64,000 nucleotides of DNA, taken from contig JACRCV010000063.1 of the NCBI GenBank assembly GCA_016218825.1, forward strand, positions 1,070 through 65,069, written 5' to 3'. The stretch is from Deltaproteobacteria bacterium. Its GTDB lineage: Bacteria; Myxococcota; XYA12-FULL-58-9. A program made the position numbers and the translations under genes. Shown piece after piece: positions 1 through 9,006 of this stretch. The number at the start of each line of letters is the position of its first letter. The first letter of the stretch is position 1. Under the pieces are notes generated by a model that worked only from the letters and a program-made list of their open reading frames with translations, ran no database searches and had not been told where the DNA came from.

Positions 1-587
1 GCAGCGCGTGGCATGACACCTCTCCCAACTTGAGCGTCCAGCTCCGGGACGTTTGGGGCAACGCTGGCAACGACGTCTGGGCCGTCGGGGGCATGATCCT
101 TCACTGGAACGGCAGCACCTGGACGCCCGCTTCGACCCAGGTCGACTCCTTCTTGTGGAGTGTTTGGGGCGCCGCCGCGAACGACGTCTGGGCCGTGGGC
201 GCGTCCGGCAACGTCGCCCACTTCGGCGGCGGCACCTGGCAGCTGACGACGAGTAGCACCGGCGCCAGCCTCTACGACGTCTGGGGCAGCGCTGCGACCG
301 ATGCGTGGGCGGTGGGGATCAGCGGCACGATCCGACATCTGACGACCGCTGGCTGGCAGGGGTCGCCGGCAGTCGTGATGGCAAGCCTCAACGGGGTCTG
401 GGGCTCGGGCGCGAACGACTTCTGGGCCGTCGGTGACGGCGGCGTCATTCTTCACTGGCAGGGGACGGAGTGGCAGACGTCACGGGGCGTCACCAACCAG
501 CGCCTCGAGGCAGTTCACGGAACCCCGGGCGGGCACCTCTGGGCCGTCGGCGCGATCGGCGCCATTGTTCGGTACAGGGGCCCGTAG
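1..587 (+). CDS. beta-propeller-type repeat protein, C-terminal fragment (5' end outside window)
   Basis: Reading frame is open from the window start to TAG at 585-587 (track ORF 30..587 is the in-window part, starting at TTG). About five ~38-aa repeats carry the motif NDVWAVG...G.I.HW.G..W, typical of bladed propeller repeats. Confidence 0.5.
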   Translation, partial: SAWHDTSPNLSVQLRDVWGNAGNDVWAVGGMILHWNGSTWTPASTQVDSFLWSVWGAAANDVWAVGASGNVAHFGGGTWQLTTSSTGASLYDVWGSAATDAWAVGISGTIRHLTTAGWQGSPAVVMASLNGVWGSGANDFWAVGDGGVILHWQGTEWQTSRGVTNQRLEAVHGTPGGHLWAVGAIGAIVRYRGP

Positions 588-1010
588 GCGGGACGTTGCA
601 CGGGAGTGGGAAGCCGCAGCCGCCGCGGGAGGCGCCGCCTTACTCCGGCGCGATCCACTGATGCGGGCCGACCGAGGGCGGATCGCCCCACCGCAGGCCT
701 TCCCGGTCATGGCCGTATCGAGCGAGACCAAATCGAGCAAGGCCGCGCGAGCAGCGCAGACGGGGGCCGCGAAGCCGACGGTGGCGCGTCAGTCGTAGGC
801 GCCAAGATCGCATGCGGCACTCAACGTCGACCGAGGCACCGCCAGGTCGAAGGCGCCCACGGAGGCGAGGGGTGCCCCCCGAGCAGCGCAGTGCGGCCGA
901 CTCGAGCCGGCAACGTCGCCGCCGATCCCGTCCCGGCCGCACCGGCACCGCGACCGGGCGGCGAGCGAGAAGACGATGAAGGAGATCTGACCGGAACCAG
1001 AGGCAAGATC

Positions 1011-1086
1011 TGGTGAGGGCGGAGGGGATCGAACCCACGACCCGCGGATTAAGAGTCCGCTGCTCTGCCAGCTGAGCTACGCCCCC
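1011..1086 (-). tRNA. tRNA-Lys (anticodon CTT)
   Basis: The reverse complement GGGGGCGTAGCTCAGCTGGCAGAGCAGCGGACTCTTAATCCGCGGGTCGTGGGTTCGATCCCCTCCGCCCTCACCA folds as a cloverleaf. It has a 7-bp acceptor stem, U8 A9, D arm GCTC/GAGC with G18G19, anticodon stem GCGGA/TCCGC with loop CTCTTAA (U33, anticodon CTT, A37), T-loop TTCGATC and an encoded CCA. There is one U-U mismatch in the T stem. Confidence 0.8.
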
Positions 1087-1181
1087 GGCCAGAGGCGCGC
1101 CTTGTATCGAAAGCTCAGTAGAGGGTCAAGAGGTTGTTCGCGTCGGCGCCGCCGTCGACCGCGAGGCCGGCGAGCGCGGCG

Positions 1182-1946
1182 TCAGCGTTTGCGGAAGCGC
1201 AGCAGGCGGTGGAGGTTGTCGCGCTCCCACTCCTTGCAGGCGGCGAAGCCCGGGAAGGTCTGCTCCAGGGCACTGAACTCCGGCGGGTGGACGCGGCGGC
1301 GGGCGCGCCGGCGCTCGGTGCCCAGCACCTCGTGCAGCATCTCGTGAAACACGATCCACGCCACGTACTGCCGCGGCACGAACGGCTGGTCGAGGCAGGG
1401 GTGGACGCGGATGAGGGAGAGGTCGGCGACGTAGCACCCGAGCTGGATGGTGCGCCGATAGCGGCGGCTGCCGCTGTGGCCCCAGGTGATCTGCGCCTGC
1501 GACGCGCCGTGAAAGAACCGGTCGTTGACCTCGGTCCAGATCTCTCGGAGATCGTGACACCGACCCTGTGCCAGCACCGGAGTCGCCGCCGGCCGGCGCT
1601 CGGCGGGCGTTCTGTGATTGGCGATGAAGTCGTCGAGCAGACGCGACGCCCCGGGCTCGTCGTTCAGGTAGCCGGCGATCGCTCTCACCTCCGCCTCGGC
1701 CGCGGCCGCGAACAGCCGATGCAGGCGAAGCTGCAGCACGCCGCGACGCACGCGGCAGGAGACGAAGGTCGAGCGGTTGTCGGTGAAGGTGAGCTTCACG
1801 GGCCTGCCGAGCCGCGCCTGCAGCCAGTCGGTGAACAGCTCCGGGCGGCTCAAGTCGATGCGCGGCACGCTCGCGGCCGGCGAACACGCCGCGGTCGCCG
1901 CGACGGTCTCGACCTTGGACGGTCCCCACAAAGAGAGCTGGTGCAT
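1182..1946 (-). CDS. YgjP/DUF45-family HExxH metal-dependent hydrolase (SprT/WLM-like)
   Basis: C-terminal ...ITWGHSGSRRYRRTIQLGCY...VAWIVFHEMLHE... matches the DUF45 zinc-hydrolase signature (W-G-S core plus HExxH). The track ORF 1182..2243 runs further upstream into low-complexity sequence; I chose the in-frame ATG at 1944-1946 (MHQLSLWG...), giving about 254 aa, typical for the family. Confidence 0.65.
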   Translation of the reverse strand: MHQLSLWGPSKVETVAATAACSPAASVPRIDLSRPELFTDWLQARLGRPVKLTFTDNRSTFVSCRVRRGVLQLRLHRLFAAAAEAEVRAIAGYLNDEPGASRLLDDFIANHRTPAERRPAATPVLAQGRCHDLREIWTEVNDRFFHGASQAQITWGHSGSRRYRRTIQLGCYVADLSLIRVHPCLDQPFVPRQYVAWIVFHEMLHEVLGTERRRARRRVHPPEFSALEQTFPGFAACKEWERDNLHRLLRFRKR

Positions 1947-2097
1947 TGCCGGAGCTGTTCCTAGCACGGCCGTCCGACAGCCCGGAATCGCCCCCTGAAT
2001 CTCGCGGGATTCTTGCGGCGCGGTCCGGCCGCGACTACCATCGCAAGCGACGCGCACGGCTGCGGTGCGACGCGTGCCGGGCGAAGGGTGGTGCTGC

Positions 2098-3159
2098 ATG
2101 GGTTTGAGCCGGGGTGGAGTGGTGGTCGTGTCGCTGTGCGCGGCGCTGGCCGGGTGCCGCAAAGGTGCCGACGAGGCCGCCAAGGACGAAGCCGGGGTCG
2201 AAGACCTGACCATCGTCGTCGAGGCCGACAAGAGCCGCATCATGCAGGAGGAGGAGAAGCTGCAGGCGACGCGCGCCGAGGTCGATCAGGAGCGCGAGCG
2301 CATCGAGAAGGAGCGCGGCGAGCTGGAGAAGAAGCTCGCGACCTTGTCGAAGAAGGACAAGAAGCAGCGCGACAAGCTCGAGGCCGACGAGCAGCGCCTC
2401 GAGGCTGAGGACAAGAAGCTCCGCGACCGCATGAAGAGCTTCGAGACCGAGCGCGCCTCCTTGGAGAGCGACAAGAACAAGCTCTTGGAGCGCATCTCGC
2501 AGATGACGCAGTCGAAGGGCGGTCTGAGCATGGCGCAGCGCGAGGAGATCTTGGTGCGGCGCGAGAAGGAGATCACCAAGCGCGAGGCCAAGGCGGTCGA
2601 GCACGAGAAGGAGATCGGCAAGCTGCAGGCCGACGCGGTGCGCTCGCTGCAGGAGATCAACAAGATCTTGGCCGACCTCCAGGCCGGCGGCGGCGTCCGC
2701 ACCGTGATGGTGCCGGGGCCGGCCGGCGGCGGCTCGGGGTCGTCGGCGTCGGGGCCGAAGGCCACCAAGACCGGGGTGCAGAAGCTGCAGAAGGATCTGA
2801 AGACCAAGATGGACACCAAGGGGATCCTGGTCGCCGACCTGCCGCCGGCGGCGCGCGACCTCGACAAGGGCGCCAAGACCGCGATGAGCGGCAACGACCT
2901 CGACGCGGCGCAGCAGGCGCTCACCGATCTCGGCGCGGTCGTCGACGGCATCAAGGTCGACCACGCCTTCGTGCAGGCGAAGTTCGGCCGGATCAACAAG
3001 TCCTATCCGAAAGAGAAGATCGAGCAGCTCGACGAGAAGAAGCGCAAGCAGGTCTTGTCGCTGCTCGACGAGGTCAGCGACTCGTTCAGCGACGGGCGCT
3101 ACGACCGCGCCAACAAGAAGATCAACCAGCTCTACCGCTTGCTCGAGGGCGGGGAGTAG
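2098..3159 (+). CDS. coiled-coil lipoprotein (hypothetical)
   Basis: ATG at 2098 is followed by signal peptide MGLSRGGVVVVSLCAALAGC with lipobox LAGC. The rest is Lys/Glu/Arg-rich heptad-like sequence (EEEKLQATRAEVDQERERIEKERGELEKKL...). Purine-rich GAAGGGTGG lies upstream. Confidence 0.6.
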   Translation: MGLSRGGVVVVSLCAALAGCRKGADEAAKDEAGVEDLTIVVEADKSRIMQEEEKLQATRAEVDQERERIEKERGELEKKLATLSKKDKKQRDKLEADEQRLEAEDKKLRDRMKSFETERASLESDKNKLLERISQMTQSKGGLSMAQREEILVRREKEITKREAKAVEHEKEIGKLQADAVRSLQEINKILADLQAGGGVRTVMVPGPAGGGSGSSASGPKATKTGVQKLQKDLKTKMDTKGILVADLPPAARDLDKGAKTAMSGNDLDAAQQALTDLGAVVDGIKVDHAFVQAKFGRINKSYPKEKIEQLDEKKRKQVLSLLDEVSDSFSDGRYDRANKKINQLYRLLEGGE

Positions 3160-3164
3160 CGCAG

Positions 3165-3755
3165 GTGCACGAGGTCGACCAGAGCGCGCCGGGCCGGCTC
3201 GCGCCGCAGTTGGTGCGCGTCAGCGTCTACGTGATGCTGTTCGCCAGCGCCGGCGCCGCCTTCTTGCTCGGCGACCGCCTGTGGGCGGCAGCGCGCGGCG
3301 GCACCCTCCCGGTGTGGGTGGCGCTGGTGCCGGTCTCGGCCTTCACCGCGTTCGTCGCGGTCTACACCGTCGATCGCTGGCTCTTGGTGAAGCGCCGCAA
3401 CTACCCGCTCGGGCGCGCATTCTTCCAGGTGGCGCTCGCGATCCTGTTTGCGATCCTCTTGTGGCCGCACCAGGCGTCCGAGATCCAAGAGGCGCGTCGC
3501 GGCGCCGGCGCCGCTGACCCGGTGCTGCGCCTCCTCGATTCCCGAGAGGCCGACGTCCGCGCCGCGATGTGTGAGCTGTTGGCGCTGCGCCGCCAGGTGA
3601 CGGCGCTGCCGCATATCGAGCGCCGCGCCGCCGTCGACGGCACCGCCGCGGTGCGCGCCGCTTGCGGGGCCGCCGCGATCAAGCTCAAGGGCGAGCCCGG
3701 CGGCGGCGACGGGACCGGCGTGAGCGACGCCGAGCGTCCGGCGGATGCTCCGTAG
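3165..3755 (+). CDS. hypothetical membrane protein
   Basis: Track ORF with GTG start 6 nt after the previous stop; three hydrophobic helices (VYVMLFASAGAAFLLG, VWVALVPVSAFTAFVAVYTV, FFQVALAILFAILLW). The start is uncertain (alternative ATG at 3233). Confidence 0.4.
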   Translation: MHEVDQSAPGRLAPQLVRVSVYVMLFASAGAAFLLGDRLWAAARGGTLPVWVALVPVSAFTAFVAVYTVDRWLLVKRRNYPLGRAFFQVALAILFAILLWPHQASEIQEARRGAGAADPVLRLLDSREADVRAAMCELLALRRQVTALPHIERRAAVDGTAAVRAACGAAAIKLKGEPGGGDGTGVSDAERPADAP

Positions 3756-3771
3756 CGGCCGGCCGGCGGCG

Positions 3772-4368
3772 TCAGTGCGCGGTCTCTGAGAACACCTCGG
3801 CGCCGAAGGTCTCGATCGACACCGAGCCGTCGCGCCAGGCGTTCTTGGGCATGCCGGCTTTCATGCAGGTGTGATCGAGGAAGGTCTCGCGGTCCCAGCC
3901 GTACTCGGTCGCGACCTGGGGCAACAGGACGCCGCGGTGGTAGCCGCGTTCGACGGCGATGCCGTGGACCCCGACCTGGATCGACTCCGGGGTCGCCTTT
4001 TGGCAGGGCGTCAGCGCCGAGATCTCGATGACACAGTCACCGAGCTCGGCGGCGGTGACCGCAGGAAAACGCGGGTCGTGGGTCGCGGCGGCGATCGCCA
4101 TCTCTTGCACCGCCTTCCACAGCGGCCGGCTGGCCTCGAAGGTGCCGATGCAGCCCCGTAGCGCCCCGGCGCGGGTGTGCAGGCTCACGAAGCAACCACG
4201 CGGCTCGGTCGTCGCCGCCGGCGGCGGCGTCGACAGCTCAGCGGCGGAGTCGCTCGTGATCCTCGACTGGATGACGGTCCGCGCCCAGGCGAGCAACCAC
4301 TCGCGGGTGGGCAGGTCGAGGGCGGCGCCCGGCCCCTCGTGGGCGGTCGGGCCTTGCCGGGTTTGCAT
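3772..4368 (-). CDS. AMMECR1 domain protein
   Basis: Motifs GCFVSLH...LRGCIGT...HDPRF are the AMMECR1 signature. ATG at 4366-4368 is preceded by AAGGAGG with a 5-nt spacer, so the longer track ORF (to 4584) is over-extended. Confidence 0.75.
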   Translation of the reverse strand: MQTRQGPTAHEGPGAALDLPTREWLLAWARTVIQSRITSDSAAELSTPPPAATTEPRGCFVSLHTRAGALRGCIGTFEASRPLWKAVQEMAIAAATHDPRFPAVTAAELGDCVIEISALTPCQKATPESIQVGVHGIAVERGYHRGVLLPQVATEYGWDRETFLDHTCMKAGMPKNAWRDGSVSIETFGAEVFSETAH

Positions 4369-4531
4369 GCGCGCCTCCTTGCCACATGGGCGTCGACCTC
4401 CGGGATACGCCAACGGCGTTGCGGTCACAAGGGATCGAGATGGTCGGTGCGCCGCGCATCGACCGCGGACGTCGCCGCTCGGCTTGCGGCTGCTTCCGGC
4501 AGCGTGTAGGGGTTCGGTGGCGGGCGATTCG

Positions 4532-5752
4532 ATGAGCGCAACCACAGCCGGCACCAAGATCCTGGTGATCGACGACTCGGCCACCGTGCTCCGGGTCGTC
4601 GACGCGGTGCTCAGCCGCGCCGGCTTCGGCGTCCGCTGCCTCGACTCCGGGCGCGACGCGGTCGAGGTGGCGCGCGCTCTGGCGCCGGCCCTGGTGATCG
4701 TCGACTTCGCGATGCCCGACGTCTCGGGCTACGGCGTCTGCCGGGCGCTGGGGCGCGATCCGGCGACCGACAAGATCCCGATCGTGTTGATGAACACCCG
4801 CGGCGATCCGATCGGCGACCGCTTCGTGCGCGAGATGGGGATCGTCGACCACATCACCAAGCCGTTCGCGCCGGAGGCGCTGCTCGCGGTCATCGAGCAC
4901 GTGCTCGAGAAGGGCCCCGGCGCCAGGGCCACGCCGCGGCCGCCACCACCGCCGCCGTACGCCGTCGAGCCGGTGCCGGTGGCGCCGGTCGTCTCGCGGG
5001 TGGTGCTGCAGGGTGACATGGCCGCGATCCCGGTCGCCGAGGTGTTGCAGCTGTTGGCGCTGCAGCGCCAGACCGGGGTGCTCGGGATCCGGCGGGCCGC
5101 GAGCGAGATCTCGGTCTTCTTGAAGCTCGGCAAGGTCCGCCTGGTCACCGGCACCAACCTGGCGCCGGAGCTCCTGCTCGGCAACATCCTGGTGACCGAG
5201 AAGCTCATCGCCGCCGAAGAGCTGGAGCTGCTGCTCGCCAACCGCCGCGGCACCCGCAAGCTCCTCGGCAGCCAGGTGGTGCAGCTGGGCTACGTGAGCA
5301 GCGAGGGGCTGCACCGCGCCCTCGAGCGGCAATCGACCGAGCTGGTCTACGAGCTGTTGCGCTGGGGCTATGGCCAGTTCGCGTTCGAGGTCCGCGACCA
5401 GCTGCCGGCCGAGGTCTTGGAGTTCGAGCTCGACCTCAGCATCGACGTGCTGTTGATGGAGGGCTTCCGGCGCGTCGACGAGTGGGGCTTGATCGAGAGC
5501 GTCCTCAAGACCTTCGACGTCGTGCCGGCCGTGAACCCGGGCGGCGTCGAGCACCTCGGCCAGCCGGGGTTGGCGCCGGAAGAGCAGGCGGTGTTGGCGG
5601 CGATCGACGGCAAGCGCTCGGTGCACGAGATCATTCGCGAGGTCGGGGTCCCGGCGTTCGAGGTCGCGCGGATCCTCTACCGCCTGGTCTCGGCGCGCGT
5701 CGTCACCCTGCCGCCGGCGCCGCCGCTCTCCGAGCTCGACGGCGTGGTCTGA
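4532..5752 (+). CDS. response regulator, receiver domain plus PATAN/DUF4388 domain
   Basis: N-terminus KILVIDDS...VIVDFAMPDVSGY...TKPF matches REC (phospho-Asp in VIVDF, conserved T and K). A Pro-rich linker follows, then the PATAN motif GDMAAIPVAEVLQLLALQRQTGVLGI. The track ORF 3959..5752 is over-extended antisense into the AMMECR1 gene. Confidence 0.75.
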   Translation: MSATTAGTKILVIDDSATVLRVVDAVLSRAGFGVRCLDSGRDAVEVARALAPALVIVDFAMPDVSGYGVCRALGRDPATDKIPIVLMNTRGDPIGDRFVREMGIVDHITKPFAPEALLAVIEHVLEKGPGARATPRPPPPPPYAVEPVPVAPVVSRVVLQGDMAAIPVAEVLQLLALQRQTGVLGIRRAASEISVFLKLGKVRLVTGTNLAPELLLGNILVTEKLIAAEELELLLANRRGTRKLLGSQVVQLGYVSSEGLHRALERQSTELVYELLRWGYGQFAFEVRDQLPAEVLEFELDLSIDVLLMEGFRRVDEWGLIESVLKTFDVVPAVNPGGVEHLGQPGLAPEEQAVLAAIDGKRSVHEIIREVGVPAFEVARILYRLVSARVVTLPPAPPLSELDGVV

Positions 5753-5842
5753 GCACGTCAAGAGACGGGTGGGGTCCGTGCGCATCAAGACGCACGGCGG
5801 CGGTCTTCCAGCGCCGACACGCACTTGTTAAGCTCACGAAGG

Positions 5843-7816
5843 ATGGTGAGATTCGATCCAAGACGTCTCCCCGCGGCCACCCAAGACCATGGGGCGGACG
5901 GCACGCGCGCCAACGAGAGCTCGGGCCACGACCGGGTGGGCGAGATCCGGACCCAAAGCAGCCGCGAAGCGACGCCAGCAGCGGCGCTCAAGATCCCGGA
6001 GGCGCCGCCCGAACGGCGTTTGTCGGCGACGCTCAGCCTGGACCAGCGGCTCGCGAGCGCCCAGCTCCGCCTGGTCGACGCCCAGGTCTACCTCTCCCAC
6101 TCATTGACGACCGCGCCCTTGGTCGAGGCATCGCCGGCCGCGGAGCAGGGCGCCGCAAAGGTCATGGTCGCGTTGGCCGGGGGGGCGACGCCGAGCGTCG
6201 AGAAACTGGTCGACACCGTCTTTGTCGCGGGCGACGAGCGAGCGCTGTCCCTCCTGTCGCCGGCGTTGTTCGCGCACCGGCGCGCCGCCCTGGAGGACTT
6301 GCCGCCGGGCGCGCCGCGTGACCGCTTTCTTGCCGCGAGCGATGCGTTCATCGAGACCACCTGCGCCGCGATCCTCGCCAAGTTGGCCCCGAGCCGAGCC
6401 GCTCCCGATCGCGCCCGCGCCATGGCCTCGATGCTGGCGGCCTCCCAGACTCTCGACGGCGAGCGCATGCCGGAGACCTACATCGGCGAGGTCCTGTACA
6501 ACTACACCAACGAGCCGGGCTTACCGCGGACGCTCGCCGCCCTCGAGAAGAACCGGGGCGCCGCGATCGGCGTGTCCGGCGCGCTGCTCGATGTGGCCGC
6601 GGCACGCGAAGCCGGGTTGGTGGTGCTGACCGACGTCGTGCCGGCGCTCAAAGATTGGTACCTGCTGACGGTGGCCACCTTGTTGCTGGTCGACGAGAAG
6701 GCGGCGGCGCAGGGGCTCGACGACGTCCGCCGCATGCACGAGGTGAGGGCGCTGCTCCACCCAGCGGCGGCGCGCGGGGAGGCGACGGACGCCGAGCGCG
6801 CTGCGAGCGGACAGGCGCAACGTGCCGCGGCCGACACGGTGGCGGGGTACCTCCGCGGCCTCGGCGTCGCTGAAGAGACGATCGGCCAGCTGCGCCGGGC
6901 GCACGAAAAGGGGTTCGAAAACGGCGAGCCGCCGTCCGGGTGTTGGTTGACGGACCCCAAGGCCGTGGCGCACCTCACCCGCCTCGCCCTCGAAGGCCGG
7001 ATCGTGGCCACGACCACCGACCTCGCAGATCGCGCGCTCGCGCCGCGATTGACGGCGCTCTTCGCCGCGCACGGCACGACCATCGGCACCGTGCATTTGT
7101 CGAATGCCCTGGAATACACGGCGGCCAAGCGCACCGCGGTCGAGTCGATGGCCGGGCTGCCGCACGCGCCAAACGCGATCATCGTGACCTCCGCGGATTA
7201 CGGCTTCGATGCGCTCTTGGGGACGTTCGATCAACCCAAGGCCCAGCCCCTCAAGGACATGCTCGGTGACTCCGGGGTGGCGGCGACGGTCGAGAAGGTG
7301 TGGTTTGAAGCCAACGGCCGCAACCTGTGGAGCACGGCCGCCTTAGAGCTCACGGGCAAGCTGCCCGATCTCAATGCGGAGTTCCCCAAGACCTTCGCAG
7401 CGTTCGAAGCCGCGCGCGACGCGATGGCCCGTGATTTGTTCACCCAGCCGGCCAAGGTAGCTGAGGTCCAGCTCGCGCTCTTGCGGCGGCACGAATCGTG
7501 GCATCTCGCGAAAGAGATCGCGCCGGAAGCGGAGCTCGAAAAGTGCCTGCCGTCCGTCGCCACGACGCTGAAAGAGTTCCGGAGCGCGCCCTCTCGTTTC
7601 GAGGCGGCGTTCTGGACCCACGACCGGCGACGGGCGCTCGTGCGCGAGAAGGCCACCAGCGGGGGCGTCGACCCGGACGTCCTCTTGGGCATGCTCGAGC
7701 CGACGGACGTGATGCGCTTGCCGCCCAGGGCTCTCGCCTTCAAGGCAGCAGACCTCGCCTGGCGGACCACACGGGAGCAAGCCCGGGATGACGCCGCGCG
7801 CGCGGTCAGCGAGTAG
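5843..7816 (+). CDS. hypothetical protein, 657 aa, no recognisable domain
   Basis: Long ORF with high GC3 and coding-like composition; largely alpha-helical Ala/Leu/Arg-rich sequence. Start is uncertain (TTG 5825 or ATG 5843). Confidence 0.5.
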   Translation: MVRFDPRRLPAATQDHGADGTRANESSGHDRVGEIRTQSSREATPAAALKIPEAPPERRLSATLSLDQRLASAQLRLVDAQVYLSHSLTTAPLVEASPAAEQGAAKVMVALAGGATPSVEKLVDTVFVAGDERALSLLSPALFAHRRAALEDLPPGAPRDRFLAASDAFIETTCAAILAKLAPSRAAPDRARAMASMLAASQTLDGERMPETYIGEVLYNYTNEPGLPRTLAALEKNRGAAIGVSGALLDVAAAREAGLVVLTDVVPALKDWYLLTVATLLLVDEKAAAQGLDDVRRMHEVRALLHPAAARGEATDAERAASGQAQRAAADTVAGYLRGLGVAEETIGQLRRAHEKGFENGEPPSGCWLTDPKAVAHLTRLALEGRIVATTTDLADRALAPRLTALFAAHGTTIGTVHLSNALEYTAAKRTAVESMAGLPHAPNAIIVTSADYGFDALLGTFDQPKAQPLKDMLGDSGVAATVEKVWFEANGRNLWSTAALELTGKLPDLNAEFPKTFAAFEAARDAMARDLFTQPAKVAEVQLALLRRHESWHLAKEIAPEAELEKCLPSVATTLKEFRSAPSRFEAAFWTHDRRRALVREKATSGGVDPDVLLGMLEPTDVMRLPPRALAFKAADLAWRTTREQARDDAARAVSE

Positions 7817-7846
7817 AGGTTGATCCTGAGGTTGACGAGGGACCCG

Positions 7847-8182
7847 ATGCACGCCTTCTTCGAGCTCTTGGCAGGCATGGTGAATCACAAGCGCGTGGCG
7901 ACCGGCGCGCGCGAGGGGGCCATCCTCTTCGAGCTCACCGGCCTTCATCCCGAGAGCTTTCGCGTCGAGCTGTCGACGAAGGGCTGCACCACGTCGACCG
8001 GCCATGGGCCAGCGGAGCTGACGGTGTGGGCGAGCCGGAGCCAGCTCGACAAGATGATGTCGCCGGAGGGGCCGATCGGGCCCTTGCGGGTCGCCGGCGA
8101 TCGCTCGCTCTTCGACAGTCTGGCGTCAGTTGCCACGCCCGGGCTCTCGGGGATCTCGGTGCGCCTGCGCGGGGGCACCTGA
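7847..8182 (+). CDS. SCP2 sterol-carrier-like domain protein
   Basis: ILFELTG...FRVEL...PAELTVWASRSQLDKMMSPEGPIGPLRVAGDRSLFDSL resembles the SCP2 fold pattern (...G.l.p..A...GkL.v.Gd..la.kl). ATG at 7847 follows GAGGGA. Confidence 0.45.
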   Translation: MHAFFELLAGMVNHKRVATGAREGAILFELTGLHPESFRVELSTKGCTTSTGHGPAELTVWASRSQLDKMMSPEGPIGPLRVAGDRSLFDSLASVATPGLSGISVRLRGGT

Positions 8183-8277
8183 GCCTCGAGCGGCGTCGCG
8201 CGTCGTCAATCCCGTTTGACCTGCACCTCGCTCGGTCAGTAGGCTGCGAGCGCGGCCTACCCGGCCCCGAGGCGACC

Positions 8278-8967
8278 ATGGCGAACTATGCCGAGCTGTT
8301 GTCCCACGTCAGCATCTTTCAACATCTGGAGCCGGCGGCCCTCGAGCGGTTGGGCTCGCGCCTGAAGGTGGTGCGTTACAACAAGGACAGTCTGATCGTG
8401 TCGCAGTCGGACCCCGGCGACTCGATGTTCATCATCGACCAGGGCCGGGTGAAGGTGGTGCTCTACGGCGACTCGGGGCGCGAGGTCATCCTCTCCATCT
8501 TCCGCTCCGGCGAGTTCTTCGGCGAGATGAGCCTGCTGGACGGCCAGCCGCGCTCCGCGAACGTCCTGGCGCTCGAAGACTCGGCGCTGTTGGTGCTGTC
8601 GCGCGACGACTTCGTCAAGCACCTCGCCGAGTCCCCGAGCACCGCGCTCAACATCCTCGCGGAGATGAGCTCGCGCCTGCGGCGCGCCGACGAGGTCATC
8701 GGCAACCTGGCGCTCCTCGACGTCTACGCCCGCGTCGCCCGCATCCTCGTCGACCTGGCGAAGAACGACGGCGAGTCGACCGACGAAGGCATCGTGATTC
8801 GCGCCCGGCCGACGCAGCAAGACCTGGCGGCGATGATCGGCACCAGCCGCGAGACCGTGTCGCGCGTCCTCTCCGAGTTTCAGCGCCGCGGGCTGTTGTC
8901 GATGCAGGGCAAGAAGATCCTGTTGTCACACGGCTTCGCCGACCAAGAGCTCAGTCACGAGGAGTGA
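8278..8967 (+). CDS. Crp/Fnr-family transcriptional regulator (cNMP-binding plus HTH)
   Basis: FQHLEPAALERLG...GDSMFIIDQGRVKV...FGEMSLLDGQPRSANVLALEDSALL is a cNMP-binding domain. The C-terminal QQDLAAMIGTSRETVSRVLSEF is a Crp-type HTH. ATG at 8278. Confidence 0.85.
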   Translation: MANYAELLSHVSIFQHLEPAALERLGSRLKVVRYNKDSLIVSQSDPGDSMFIIDQGRVKVVLYGDSGREVILSIFRSGEFFGEMSLLDGQPRSANVLALEDSALLVLSRDDFVKHLAESPSTALNILAEMSSRLRRADEVIGNLALLDVYARVARILVDLAKNDGESTDEGIVIRARPTQQDLAAMIGTSRETVSRVLSEFQRRGLLSMQGKKILLSHGFADQELSHEE

Positions 8968-9006
8968 GGCGGCGCACCGGGAAGATCATGCCGAGGCCGG
9001 GCGGCG

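Noticed and set aside
588-1181. Genomic island or integrated element at the tRNA-Lys gene
   Set aside because: No integrase, no direct repeat of the tRNA 3' end and no compositional shift were seen. The flanking genes are ordinary.
1134-1964. Numerous long ORFs antisense to or overlapping the annotated genes (for example 1134..1964+, 10695..12725+, 12251..13822+, 14200..15990+, 16179..18017+, 41653..43335+, 43115..45352+, 48549..50381+, 52000..54723+, 54769..56874+, 59035..61878+)
   Set aside because: These are typical of ~70% GC DNA, where stops are rare in all frames. Their translations are Arg/Ala/Gly/Pro low-complexity without domain signatures, while the opposite-strand or alternative-frame products carry clear motifs.
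3959-4531. N-terminal 190 aa of the 597-aa track ORF
   Set aside because: It is antisense to the well-supported AMMECR1 gene, and the REC domain begins right at ATG 4532. It is an over-extension.
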